From assembly GCA_030704615.1 (NCBI GenBank), contig CM060731.1, positions 71,362,001-71,426,000 on the forward strand: DNA of 64,000 bases, read 5' to 3'. Origin of the DNA: Takakia lepidozioides (Eukaryota > Plantae > Bryophyta). The position numbers were made by a program, and so were the translations under genes. Below the pieces are notes generated by a model. It had not been told where the DNA came from. It saw only the letters and a program-made list of their open reading frames with translations, and ran no database searches. This document shows positions 39,601 through 52,408 of the stretch, piece after piece (position 1 is the stretch's first letter; the number at the start of each line of letters is the position of its first letter).

Positions 39601-42600
39601 CTCCAAGCAAATACATCTCTGTATTTGATGAACAAACTCTTAGCTTCTTCAGAGAATTCTGGCTCCAAATCAGCTCCTACCTTCACCATCCTCGGTTCCT
39701 CTTTAGTTCCCACATTCACTTCCCTCACATGTTCATCAGCTGTGATTGTCCAACCAGTCACCACTTCATCCTGTAAACTCACAGTGGCTGGTTCCTCTAG
39801 GATTTCCATTTCTCCTTCTCTTTTTTCATAGAAATGTGATGGGTAACTGCTGGTTTCCTCTTCAATTGGTGTTGCTGACACTACACCACAATAGATACCT
39901 CTTAAACAACTTAAGTCTTCCAGCCGCATCTCTGCAACCTGCTCCCACTATGGGTGTGCAGCAAACAGGATAGCTTCCTGCTCCTCATCCAGTCCTCCTC
40001 TCCATTCATACTCTCTGACCCCTCGAGGTCTTCTCGTAGCAGGTAATCTACTAGATTTCTTTGTGGTAATTTGTATCTCGTGCATCCCATTATGCACGGT
40101 TAGTAACTGAGAATTCCAGTCATGGAATACCCTGGCCTGTTTCAGCCACGGACGTCCCAATAATAAGGAGTAAGCCTCCATGACTTCATCCATCTTCAAC
40201 ACAGTTACTGTGATCATAAAGATCATCTTCTGTATCTGTATCTTAACTCCTCTTATTAATCCCAATGGCTGTACACTTCTTTGATCTGCCATTGTTACTG
40301 TAAATGGGGCTGGTTTCATGTTACTTAGACCAAGCTTCTTCCTTAATTGGTCTGTCATGATATTTACTCCTGAGCCTCCATCTATCAGTACATCAGTTAG
40401 TTCTGTGCTTCCAATTCTCAATTGGATTACTAGCATAGAATCATCAAAGTCCATGACTATTTCTCGCCCTTCCGGCTTCACATTATAACTGGTCACATTG
40501 CTGTTCAGGACTGTGTTTCCTGTCTCGTGGGCAATTCGATTGATTGCTTGATACAGCATGTGTCTACAATAAGGTGCCACAGCCAATAGCTGTCCAATGG
40601 TAATCTCTGCTTTGGTCTGGCATATTACTTCAGCCAAAGTCCCTTCATTACTTTGCATGTCTGCATCTTCTTTCTTCCTTTCATCCTCACTCACTTCTTC
40701 TTCTCCATCAGAATCAGAGGAATCTGCCACAGGAATATCAGTACTCTTCTGCATTTCCCTTATGGTATCTGCCACTTCCTTGTGCAGTTCCCTCTCATCT
40801 CTCCATGCCCCATCATCTTCAGGGATATCACTGCCACCTTCATTATCATCCTCTTCCTCAACTACTGGAGGTATTAGTTTGGCTTTGCTTCTTGTTACTA
40901 TCATTGTACTTACTTATGGTACAACACATGGCCTAACCATGTGAGGTGCCACCACTGGGCCCTCATTCACAGGAGCTCTCATCTCATTCTGGTGTCTTAT
41001 CCAGAATGAACAGGCTGCCTTGCGATGTCCTGGCTGATTACAATAGTAACATAGTTCTTCACCATTGGGTCCTCGCCCTTGGTCTGTTCTTGGATTATTT
41101 CTGTAATCCTGATTCCCGGGCTGGTAATTCCCCCTTGGATTACCCTGATAGTTGCCTCTGGAATTTCCTTGGTAATTCCCTCTTGAATTACCTCTCCCTT
41201 CCATGCCATTGTTATAACCACCAGACCTACCATAGTGGTCCTGATCATTGCTTCTTCTTGGCTGGGGTTGCACCTGATGCACCCTTACTTGCCTAGGTTC
41301 TCTTGCAACTGTCCTTCTGTTGTAGTAACAATTCTCAGTAGAATGGTTATCCATTTTACAGATAGTACAGTGTTTCTCCTTCATGTGGCATTCTGTGGTG
41401 GTATGGCCTTCATTCTGGCACTTTGCACACCATACACCCTTCCTCCAATGTGTTGCAGCCTCTGTGGCATACTTCTTCAAGATTTCTTCCAATCTTTTCT
41501 CATAGTTATCCCTCTTCAACTTATCCTTTCTCTTACTCTTCCTTTTTAGTTCTTGCTCTTCTTCTTCATCTGACTCATCCTCAGAGTCCTCATCATCCCT
41601 TTTCTCTCTCCTGAGCATTCTCAATTGCTCAATTCTGTTTGCAGTTTCAAATGCCTCCTCCACTGTATTATGGGGTAACATATCCACTTTCTTTTGCAAC
41701 TGTGGTCTTAGTCCACTCACAAACCAAGTCTTCTGTAAACCTGGTGCTGGTACTGCAGCCAGCTTTTTCATCATCAATTCCATCTTTTCCATATACTCCT
41801 CAACAGTTTCATGCTTCTTTTGCTTTAACTCTTGTAAACTTCCATACACTTCATCCTCAGTTTTACTTGTCCTGAACCTATTTTGGAATGCTGTATTCAA
41901 GCCATTCCAGGTTAGGAAATGATTATCAGGGAATCTCGCATACCATTCACTTGCTTTCTTGATAAGTGAACAAGGAAACAATCTCATCTTGGCATCATTG
42001 CCATTCTCATTGTTCACTATACACATGTGCTCAAATTGGCTAATGTGTACATCGGGATCCCCTTTTCCTGAATATATTGGAAAATGTGGTTTTGCCCGTG
42101 TTGGTTGTAACGCCATCTATGGCCCTACCTTCTGCCCACTGACAGGTGCTGGCACCCTTGCTGGTGCTTGTCCTTCAGGACCTGTTGATGTTGTGGTGGA
42201 TCTTCCACCAAGTGGTGGCCCTTGAGCACTCCCTGCTACTGGCCCCAAGATATTCACAGTATTCCCAGATTTAGTTGCACTACTTCCCACACTCCCTGTC
42301 CCCCAAGAGCCAGATCCAGGCAGCCCGCCTGATTCCCCTGAGCCGACACCTTTGTTGGCCTGTGATCCAAGTGCTCCACTTGATCCAGGTCCAACGGGTT
42401 GGGATGTCCTGGTTGTAGTCTCAACCTCAGCTGTTGGGTCTACTTCTTCATACTCTTCCTCTTCCAATTTCTTCTCTCTGTTTTCATCCTCCAAGTTTTG
42501 CCCTTGGGTTTCTTCTTCACTCATGTAACTCAACTGCAATGGTGTTGGAGAGTCTAAACTCTCCGTTGGCTCTGCCACATCCTCTCCTCCTTTTTCACCT

Positions 42601-42947
42601 TCCGCTTCAGAAACTGGAGTTCCTGCTTTTGGTGTTCCATGCCAACTCTTATCAAAGATTTCTATCAAATCTTTTATCGAGGGATGTACCTTAGATCTTT
42701 CACCTCGTGATTGATCTTCTTCCCGTACCAATTCCCTTAATCTTTCTTGCAAAGAAAAAGAAGGAGTGGCATCCAACTCTAGTTCTTCCGGTATGGGTGA
42801 TGTACTCTTTGATCTTAATGGTGTGAGAGGTCGAGATGATTCCTCTATGTCTATTCCTCTCTCCCAAAGATATGGATAATTAGCTTTCAAATAGCTTTCT
42901 CTTTTTGCTGAATATCTCTGGCGTCTAGCTTCTCTTTCATCACTCAT
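36673..42947 (-). pseudogene. A3 gag-pol polyprotein, best-preserved copy
   Basis: ORFs 42117-42947, 40914-42116, 39948-40904, 38178-39929 and 37737-38081 are all in one frame, separated only by point stops. A deletion of about 100 bp in the integrase core lies near 37600. GPY motif present; no chromodomain and no second RNase H seen. Confidence 0.95.
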
Positions 42948-43025
42948 GTCCCATGTCTTTCATTTCTTTTAATGTGGCAATCACCAAAACTCTCTTCTGT
43001 AATATCTCTCGTATATGCCTGGGTT

Positions 43026-43540
43026 TCATTCTAGCTTTAATGCACCCTTGGCTATACTAGAAGTCTCCGTTACCATATAACCATATGGCAAACAAGTCTG
43101 GAAAGTTGTTCTTGGTGTGAGTTTGATCCACAAAATATCCTTTGGAATCCAATTCTTTACCAGTACAAGCTCTTCATGCATATGAGTATACACATTCACC
43201 TTTCTTTCTTCCCAGCCTTCAAACTCTACTCGCTTAATGGATAGCAATGCTATCACATAAACCAGTGTTGGTAACCAACGTGCTCTTCCTCTACAGGCCA
43301 CCTAATAAATCTTTATCACTCCTTTCTCCAGTTCCCATTCAGGGTCAGCATCATGCACTCTCTTAAGAATGTTTTCTTTACAACCGTCTGGCAATTCCAA
43401 GAACCTTTGAAAGAATCGTTTGGATAATCTTTCCTTCTCAGTTTCACAAGGAATTTGATTCACATCAAATTCTTTAATTCTCCAACCACCATGATCCCAC
43501 CAGATGCCTATCACATCTGGTTGTTCATGACCCAGTTCCC
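43026..43540 (-). other. Long reading frame in the 5' leader between PBS and gag
   Basis: 43302-43540 and 43026-43301 are in frame, and the separating TAG is CAG in A1 (14589-14879). No clear ATG start. Confidence 0.35.
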
Positions 43541-43554
43541 CAGTATGGTCGCCA
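43537..43554 (-). other. Primer-binding site, tRNA-Arg-like
   Basis: TGGCGACCATACTGGGGA, 2 nt downstream of the LTR's CA end. TGGCGACCA is complementary to a tRNA ending ..TGGTCGCCA (plant tRNA-Arg, from memory). Confidence 0.75.
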
Positions 43555-43556
43555 AA

Positions 43557-44553
43557 TGTCACGTGGCTTTTACTCACCCATCCCTTCACTATCCGAGGCG
43601 GAAACTCCAAGATAGAAGAGTTGGAAATCTCTAAGTACTCAGCCCGCTCAGAACAATCAGTCGTGACCTACAGCTAGTGTATCATGGGGGTGTTTCCTAT
43701 TTGTTTTCCTTCCCGCATTCATGTTAGCTAGTTACCTTACTGTTGGTAATTAAGTATCAGTTTGCTTCAGCAATCTATCAAATTCCATCAACTCATCCAT
43801 TTATTCCACAGCTTCACTCAGATCTCTCTACACAGTGTGAGTATGAAGTATGTATCAGATTAATATCTATCGAGTATCAGGCTGAAGCCATGGAGTCTCT
43901 AATCTGCTCTACATTACAACTCTACTGCTTGCATTCATTAAGCATCAACAGATCGCCCTCCTCCTACTCTGTGCTCTCCCTCCTTCCGCTCAGAGATGCG
44001 CTCTCTCCTCCTTTCCTCCCGTGATGTCCGAAGTCCCCTCTCCAAGTGATCTCTCCCCCTTCTCCCAGAATTCCCCAAGAAGTGATCCTTCTCCCGTCCT
44101 CGCTCCTGGCTTTATCTTCCTACCCGTTGTTCTAACCGTTTCCCTCACTAACCGTCATCCGTGTACTAACATGTTCCATTCACAGATGTTGTTCCTAACA
44201 ATCGTTCCCTGTCCTGCTATCCATTCCCTATGGTCGTGACAGCTGTGTCAAGCTGTGACTGGCTGTGCGACTGTGTTGGGCTGTGTTGACTGTGTCAAGC
44301 TGTGACTGGCTGTGACGGGCTGTGTTGGCTGTGTCTGGCTGTGTAAGCTGTGTCGGACTGTGACGGGTTGTGTTGGCTGTAATGGGCTGTGTCGGGCTGT
44401 GACGAGCTGTGTTGGCTGTGATGGGCTGTGTAACCCCCCTCTAAAGTGCGCTGCTGTCACCCCTAAGGCTCATGTTGGTCTCAGTCTATGCAAAAATTAA
44501 GGGTACCCCACAGATCCCGTATAAGTGTCTAAGTCCCAGACAGTCCTCTAACA
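43557..44553 (-). repeat. 5' LTR of A3 (997 bp)
   Basis: TGTTAGAGG...CGTGACA on the minus strand. The outer flank is non-element sequence (CATCA). Confidence 0.93.
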
Positions 44554-45945
44554 CATCAATATCTTCTTTGGCGTCTGTCTCTCCCTCGGATGCAGTCTCC
44601 TCCTCACCCGTTCTCGGCAGTATGGGGGGCTGTTGTTCATCTCCAAAATCCTGCTCTTGCATCGCCAATCTTTCTTCATTGCCCTCTTCTTCCTCCTTTC
44701 CCTCTTTGTCTACTCATTCCAACCTCATTCTATCTCTGGCTCTCTTCCTGTCCCTAGTGCTGGTAAAGTATAGCAACTTCCTTCTCTTCTTCCTCTGGTG
44801 GAAACAAACGCTCCCCACACTGCCTCTAGAGCTCTCCAGTTTGACGTTTGCCACAACGGGGACTTTGGCATGTATCGAAAATACAATTTGGACATTGTTA
44901 ACCGTATTTGGATGCGGGTGTCATCATTATGTGCGAACGGAATTCATCCATTTCTTCGTCTCTCAATTACCCAAAAAACTAAGTGGTGGCACTTCAATTG
45001 CCGTTCGGTCTACTTGTGGGATATGTCAGATGTACTTTGCCGGTTGCCAGTACACGAAAGGCTTTCTGCATTCATGGAAATTGAGAAGTGCCGTAAAAAT
45101 CTGTCGCAAGTCGAATTTTGAACAGTACTTGCACATTGCCATTAATTGTTATGCTTCACATATGCATCCACGTATGTTGTACTGCCTATCCTACGATTTG
45201 CATTTCGCCGTCGCTGGCGCAATGCAGTGGTTTTGGTATAAAGCTTGGTGTCGGCAATCGTAATGTGTTGCGTATCTTCGTGCGAGGTGTCCCCCCGAGT
45301 GTCAGTGTTTTTGTTGTGCTCTTTTGGCACAGCACAAACAAATTTGATTCGGGGTTTCCTGTTTATTGGACTCCAGGGGTCGTTGTCGTCTTTCCATAAT
45401 GGATGGCTTCATATCCTGTGCAGTGTTTGCTTTTCATCCAAACACAATACGGCTTCTTGTGGCTTTTTGTCTTTGAAGACAGTTTTTCTAGTTGGTGTCT
45501 CTCAGTGTGGCTGACTGCGGAGTTCGGGGCAGACTTTCGCTGTGCATGTGATTTTTACAAAAAATTGTAAACCCCAAAATCCGTTGGGACTGTGCTACCC
45601 TTATTGACCTCAGTTCGTTTGGGGTGGATCCCCTCTCAAAAATTACGGGCTATCAGTTCGGGGGACCCTTTGTGGATCGCAACTTTGGTTTAGTCTAGGA
45701 AAACATATCCTGGGAGGGAGACAGACTCGCTCAATTTCATTCCAATGCAGGTAGTCTTCCACTAACTGCCACTGTAGATGACTATGCATTTGCAGTTGTT
45801 CATGAGGATGAGCTGGTTATAGTGTTCCCTCTAGAATTGGGTTCTCTGCTTGTTCAAAAAGACGTGTATGATGAGGATGGGAATTTGGATTCTAGGCACT
45901 TGCAGAAACCATTGGTTGGCGAGTGTGGGAGGAAGTAGAGAGTCC

Positions 45946-47014
45946 TGTCGAGCGGCTTTTACTCACCCATCCTTCGCTATTCGAGGTGGAAACTCCAAGA
46001 TAGAAGAGTTGGATATCTCTAAGCACTCAGCCTGCTCAGAACAATCAGTCATGACCTACAGCTAGTGAATCATGGTTGTGCTTCCTATTTGTATTCCTTC
46101 TTGCCTTCATGTTATCAATTTACCTTACTGGGTATACTGAAGCATCAAATTGCTTCAGTATCTACCAAGTTCCAATCATTCATTCATTCATTCCACAGCT
46201 TCTCTCATGTCTCTCTACACAGTATGATTGTATCGAACAAGTATCAGATTATGATTAATCATGTATCAGCCAATGCCATGGTGTCCCTATTCTACCCTAC
46301 TGTATGATTCTACAGCTTGCATGAATTAAGCCTCAATCAAGTCATCATCTCCTCTTCACTGTTCTGCTCTCCGTTTTGTCTCCTCCTCCCCTGACCAAGT
46401 CCTGCTCCTCAAGAAGTGATCCTGTGAAGTGATGCCCCTCATGTTGCCTCCCTGCCTAATCTATCCGCAAGCTGTTCTAACCACCTAACTAACTAATTGT
46501 CACCCCTGAAGTAACACGTTCCCTCTGCAGATGTCGTTCCCATACAGTCATTCCCTGTCAATGATAACCGTTCCCCATGTACGCTTTGACAGGCTGTGCC
46601 GAGCTGTGACTGGCTATGCAAAGCTGTGTCGGGCTGTGTCAGACTATGTCTGGCTCTCTACCCCCCCTAAAGCCTGCGCCTGCCACCCCTAAGGCTCCTG
46701 TTGGTCTCAGTCTACCATCTGTAAGTCTGCGCAAAAATTAAGGGCCCCACAGAACCCGCAAAAGCGTCTAAGTCCCAAGCAGCCCTCTAACATTACCCCT
46801 CCCCCTCTTAAAAAGCCGTGTCCTCATGGTTTACTGTTTAGGATCAGCAAACCATTGTGAGCGAGCACCCTTATGACGATGAGAGTCTCGTGAAGAACTC
46901 CGTGTGCGAGCTCGAGCCCTGTCACTGGCTGATGGAGGCGATTGAGTACTACCTGGAAATGTTTGACCCTCCTGTGGTTGATAACGAGGTAACCGCTCAG
47001 GCATAGGGGATCCC
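45946..47014 (-). mobile_element. Family A copy A4: 3' LTR (45946-46792, divergent subfamily), PPT and end of the 3' ORF
   Basis: Shorter, divergent LTR with the same termini. PPT at 46793-46808. Truncated by the A5 LTR end at 47015. Confidence 0.88.
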
Positions 47015-48095
47015 TATCGAGCGGCTTTTACTCACCCATCCCTTTGCTATCCGAGGTGGGAACTCCAAGATAGAAGAGTTGGAAATCTCTAAGCACTCAG
47101 CCCGCTGAGAACAATCAGTCATGACCTACAGCTAGTGTATCATGGGGGTGTTTCCTATTTGTACTCCTTCCCACATTCATGTTAGCGAGTTACCTTATTA
47201 TCTGCAATTAAGTATCAGTTTGCTTCAGAAATCTATCAAGTTCCATCCATTCATTCCACAGCTTCACTCAGGTCTCTCTACACAGTGTGAGTATGAAGTA
47301 TGTATCAGATTAATATCTTTCAAGTATCAGGCTGAAGCCATGGTGTCTCTAATCTACTCTACATTATAATTCTTCAGCTTCCATTCATCAAGTAACAACA
47401 GATCGTCACTTCTCCTACTCCATGCTTTTCATCTTTTCACTCAGAGATGTGCTCTCCCCCCTATTTCCCAGCCCTGATGCCAGAAGTCCCCCACCAAGAA
47501 GTGATTCCTTGACGTCCCCGCTCTTCGCTTTTTCTACCTACAAGCTGTTCTAACTGCTTTCCTAACTAACCGTCATCCCTGTAGTACACGTTCCTTTTTC
47601 AGATGTCGTTCCCTGCCAATGATAACTGTTCCCCAGCTGTGCCGAGCTGTGACTGGCTGTATCAGGCTGTGGCGGGCTGTGACTGGCTGTGTCGGGGTGT
47701 GTAGGGCTGTGCGAAGCTGTGGCGGCTGTATCGGGCTGTGACTGGCTGTGTTGGGCTATGTTGACTGTGCGAAGCTGTGACGGCTGTGTCTGGCTGTGTC
47801 GGCTGTGTCGGCTGTGCGAAGCTGTGACGGGCTGTGTTGGCTGTGACGGGCTGTGTTGACTGTGACTGGCTGTGTTGGACTGTGATGGGCTGTGACGGTT
47901 GTGTCGGGCTGCGATGGACTGTGTCGGGCTGTGTATCTCCCCCCTAAAGCCTGTTGTTGTCACCCCTAAGGCTCCTGTTGGTCTTAGTCTGTGTAAAAAT
48001 TAAGGGTACCCCACAGATCCCGTAAAAGCGTCTAAGTCCCAAGCAGCCCTCTAATATTTACCCCTCCTCCTCTCAAAAAGCCGTGTCCTCACGGT

Positions 48096-51000
48096 TTACT
48101 GTTTGGGATTAGCAAACCTTTGTGAGCGAGCACCCTTGTGACGTTGAGAATCTCGTGAAGGACTTCGTGTGCGAGCCCGTGTCCTGTCACTGGTTGAGGG
48201 AGATGATTGAGCACTACCTGGAAATGTCAGTCCTTCCTTTGTCTGATATCGAGGTAATCTTTCAGGCATGGGAGACCCCCGTCGCTTCTTCTTTGCCATC
48301 TGAATTGCATAGTCCTCTACCATGTCAAAAGAGTCCCCTGAACAACCAGTAGTATCAGAATCGTCTCCCCCCCTGAGGTGTTTTAACGATCGAACTCTAA
48401 CTGGAATCCTCTGGGGCATACAATGTGGTCCCACCATGTCTGGAAGTTTAATGTGTAAAACTTGTTGTAAGCGTTGAATTGCAAAATTGGTGAAGACCCT
48501 GAACTCCTTGTCTGTCCAGGTGAGTGGTGTACCAATGACTTGTGAATTGTGCAAGTTTTTCCATGCCTCATGGCCCTTAAAGAAAATATCGTCAGGCCCG
48601 AATTTCTGTGTTGACAAATTGTTCCAGGCCGCATGAAACCATGAACGAATTTGAGAATCCTTTTGCATCATAACTTTTGCCTCATATAGGTACATATGAG
48701 GTGGCACTGCAGGTAAGATCCAATGATCCCCACTTGAATAACTCAGAAAGGGCGATTGCATCTTCTGCTGTTCAATGTGATAACGTGCCAGAAAACAAGC
48801 AGTGTAGTATAGCCCGCAGCCCATGACAATACTTGCTACCTCCTTGGTCTTGGTATAAATGAATCTATGTACAACTTGGAAGACAATCAATTCCTTCAAC
48901 ATGGTACTTGCCTCATGCCAGTACCTCGCAAAGTGATGATCCTCAATGGTTCAATTGTTCGGAAGAACCTTAGTCCTAGTTGCACTGGCAGCCAAATGCG
49001 CATGATCTGGTAGTAATGTGCCAACGATTGCGGAGGACTAAATTCCTTCCAAGCCAAATCCAACACAATGGGAATTTGGTTGAATGGCATAATCATAGCC
49101 CGACTGTACTCCCGTGCAGCAGGAGTTTTAGGTGGGTTAAAAGCAGCATCCCCCCATACCTCAGGTTGTGGCGGCTGTGGTGTGGCTGTAGTAACAACAG
49201 GGTCAGCTACTGGCACAGTCACTTGTTGTGGTATTGGTAGCACTGGCTCTTGTACCACTGGCATCTCCTGCAACCCCTGCGAGGAAGACTGAAAAGCTAG
49301 AGTTCAGGCTTGTAAATAAGAAGCCATCAACTGCTCCTCAGATACAAAGACTCTCTTGTCGATATTTGAAGTGAGGTCCTCCACTTGAGTCTGCAGGCCG
49401 TCTACATCCTCCTGTAACTCCGCTATCCTACTATAGACATTGTCTATAGTAGTTGTGGCAATGTTCTGCACTTGCAGTCTGAGCTCATTCATCTCGCCTT
49501 GGGTGAGCTTTCGTGGTGCTTTGCCTTCCACCGGTCCTTGTGCTAACCAGACCTGCAGAAGGTGGTTATCCACCAAGTTGGTTGAGGTACCTCTGAGAGT
49601 CTGCTCCTCTCTAAGTTTGTACATATCTAACTGCTGCTGTAAAGCCTCCATGCGCTTCGCATGAGGTTCAACCAAACTCGCATAGGCAGCAAGCAGATTA
49701 TTGGCTTCCTTCCAAGCCTTGTTAGTGACAGAAAGTTCATTTCTATTGGCCATGACCGTTTGTTGCAATTCCAGGATGTACCTCTCTTGGTCAGCTTCAA
49801 CTTGCCTGTATTGCTTGAAAGTATTCTCATTGCGACAGATTGTACTCTTCATATCAATAATGAGTTTTGTCTGTTCGACATTATCTGCCTGTGCCTTTAT
49901 ACATCTTTCCGCTTGGCTGTTAACTTCTAATGTAGTTTGCTCAAGCGTAGTTGTGAGTGTAGCACATTGTATGGCCATCATGTCATGCACTGACTGCAAC
50001 TCCGTATGTAGTGCATTCACTTCTTGCAACTTGTTCTCATGCTTCACCTGCATTTGGTATTGCTGTTGCTTATGTGCTTCGTGCAACTGGTCCTGCGCGA
50101 GGCCTGCTTCAATCAAATGTTCCTTGGCCAACTGCAAAGCAACTGTTGTATCCTCTAACTCTTGCTGTAATTTGAGAGTGACCTCGTCATCAACCTTGTT
50201 TGCACACTCAGTGGCAAGTCGAGCCTCAAACTCCTTCCTGAGTTCCTCCCTCAAAGCTGCCAATTGGGTAGTTGGAACATGGGATTTGACATAAGTGCCC
50301 AACAAATTAAGTGTCCTGGTTATGGAACTCATAAGCATGGCCTGTTGAGGGTCATCATGGTGAGCTTGCTGCTGTTCTCCCTGATCCTCAACAGTGTGAT
50401 GCCTCACGAACCATTCAGGCCATTGCCCCACCAGATTTTCTTCCTGAACCACCTCATCCGCTAAAGGTGCTGCAATGTCTTGACATTCTACTTGTGGTAC
50501 CTCCGTCAGAGGTGTGGGTATTACAACAACAGCAGGGTTTCCCCTGGACAACCGCTGCACCTCCGGAATCACTGTTTCCCTGACCAAACCAGAATTTTCA
50601 TAGAGAAGGTCTCTCTTCTCAATTTCGGCCACGACCGGCTCTGTAGTTGGTATGTCCAACCTTTCTTCTTCCAGAGCAATTGGTGGTGATGCCACAGCAT
50701 ATACTAATTGTGGAGCCTCCAAAACAACAGAGTCAATTGGTTGTGGTGGTTGTGGTATTGAAGTGACTTCCTCTTCCCTCTCTGAAGGCCCTGCTTCCAA
50801 TAATAGCAGCTCTCTGTGCTGCTGTGCCCCTTCCTGCACAAGAGCTTGGGAAACATTATTATGCGGTTTCCGTGAAGCCAGTGGATCCGCCACTACAGTC
50901 TTTCCCCGCCTCTGTCTCTTAGACTGGGGTTGCACTGCCAGTCCACCCTCACTGTGTGAAGAGCCTTGCTCTTCAATGGCAGTGGTTTCTGCTTCAAACA

Positions 51001-51865
51001 CTCCCATCTCCTTTCTCTCCCGAGTATCAAGTATGCAAGAATCAAGAATTATTTGAGCAATGATTGGACCGGACACAATGATCGGAGACTTTGCAGCAGC
51101 GCCTTGTAACCTCTTCATCTCGTCCACCAATCCGTTGTACATTAACTCTGCCCAAGCAACATCCTCTCCCCTCAAAGCTTTCAGGATCTCCTCTGTGAAA
51201 GACCTGCTCAAATATTGTTGGTTCTGTTTCATGGCAAACAGAACGTTCAAGATTTGGCCAACCTCCCTAAGCCCTAGGTATTCGGCTTTGGTACAAGCAA
51301 AACCATGAGTTTTAAAGAAACTCCCTTGAAACAAATTCTCTATCCGCAATCTTGCCCTATGCTCGTCCACCTCCACATGTCCTGATGACAAATCAAACAG
51401 TTGCTGCAGGTACTGGGGAGTAATTTCTACATCTACTCCCCTCACCTGAGTAACTCCTGTCCGAGGCTCAAAGTTTTGGAGAAATTGTATCATGAACTGC
51501 CGATGATGCAAGGACCAGTCTTTGCGTAGCAATCCCTCCAATCGCAGCTCCTTCAGTAGCTGCACCGCCTGTGGTGCAGCGATTGTTTGCTTCTGTAAGA
51601 TTGTGGTGCTTTTCACCCTGATATCTTCCATTCTTCTCACTCTCTTCATTCTGCACAAATAGACAAGTTTTGGTTGCAACAACTGAAGAAACGCCTGCAG
51701 GGCACACAACATAAAAGTATGGTTGGCGCAGAATGAAATGGGTAAGTGCTTGTAAGCCTGCGGGGCTTACAAGTAGCGATTTAGAGAAAATGTACTCTCC
51801 GTTCGTCTGTCCTTGTGCCACTGCGTAAGTAGTAAGGCGAGCGTGTAATCTGTTATTTCTGCCAT
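48096..51865 (-). pseudogene. Family A extra 3' ORF (~1250 codons reconstructed; 802-aa open segment 49304-51712)
   Basis: ATG 51865 is in frame with 51712 (one CAA>TAA stop). The stop at 49304 is AGA in A1. One frameshift near 48950 joins 48096-48902. N-terminal QFLQNF..VRGVDVEITPQYLQQLFDL, then a long heptad-rich region. Confidence 0.8.
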
Positions 51866-52408
51866 AGCTTCAAAGCTATAGCTTTGATTGTCTCTCCTGA
51901 CGAGACGCCCGTTACTTGGAACGACGCCGACTCTTGCGCTCAAAATCCCTCCATTTTCTTGATTTCGTTTCTTGGAAATTACCCTCTGCAGATAATTCTG
52001 GCTGGTGATTGGCTGTTGGCTGTGTGATTTGTTTGTAATTTAATTTCCTCCCATGGATTTTCCACTCTGGACTGTCCACTAGGATAGCACATGTGACATG
52101 GATTTCGCTTTTCGGTACTTTTAAAGGGTTCCGTTACCCTTTCCATGTATGCATTAATGGGCCCATAATAAGTTAATATGCCGTGTAGGTACTTTGACGG
52201 CCAATTTTGTTTTTTTCCTTGATGACAGTCGCTCTTGCAATCCATATCCGGCTGTGTGTCTCGCCCTGACGTCCACGTGTCCATTTCTAAACGTGCCTCC
52301 GTCCACTTTTCCGCCGGCCACTCTCCGGATGTTAACCCACGTCCACCTGTCACTGATCCTATGGATTGTGTAACCCCAGTAAGCTGTGTTGAGCTGTGAC
52401 AGGCTGTG

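Larger units (their letters stand above)
36129..44553 (-). mobile_element. Ty3/gypsy family A, copy A3 (5' LTR, PBS, gag-pol; 3' part missing)
   Basis: 5' LTR at 43557-44553, PBS, then gag-pol. Ends just inside the start of the 3' ORF, at the A2 LTR junction. Confidence 0.95.

Noticed and set aside
44554-45945. 263-aa ORF 44472-45263 and a minus-strand MCKYCSKF motif suggesting a transposase zinc finger
   Set aside because: The ORF begins in LTR antisense and low-complexity sequence; the motif is too short and is interrupted by stops.
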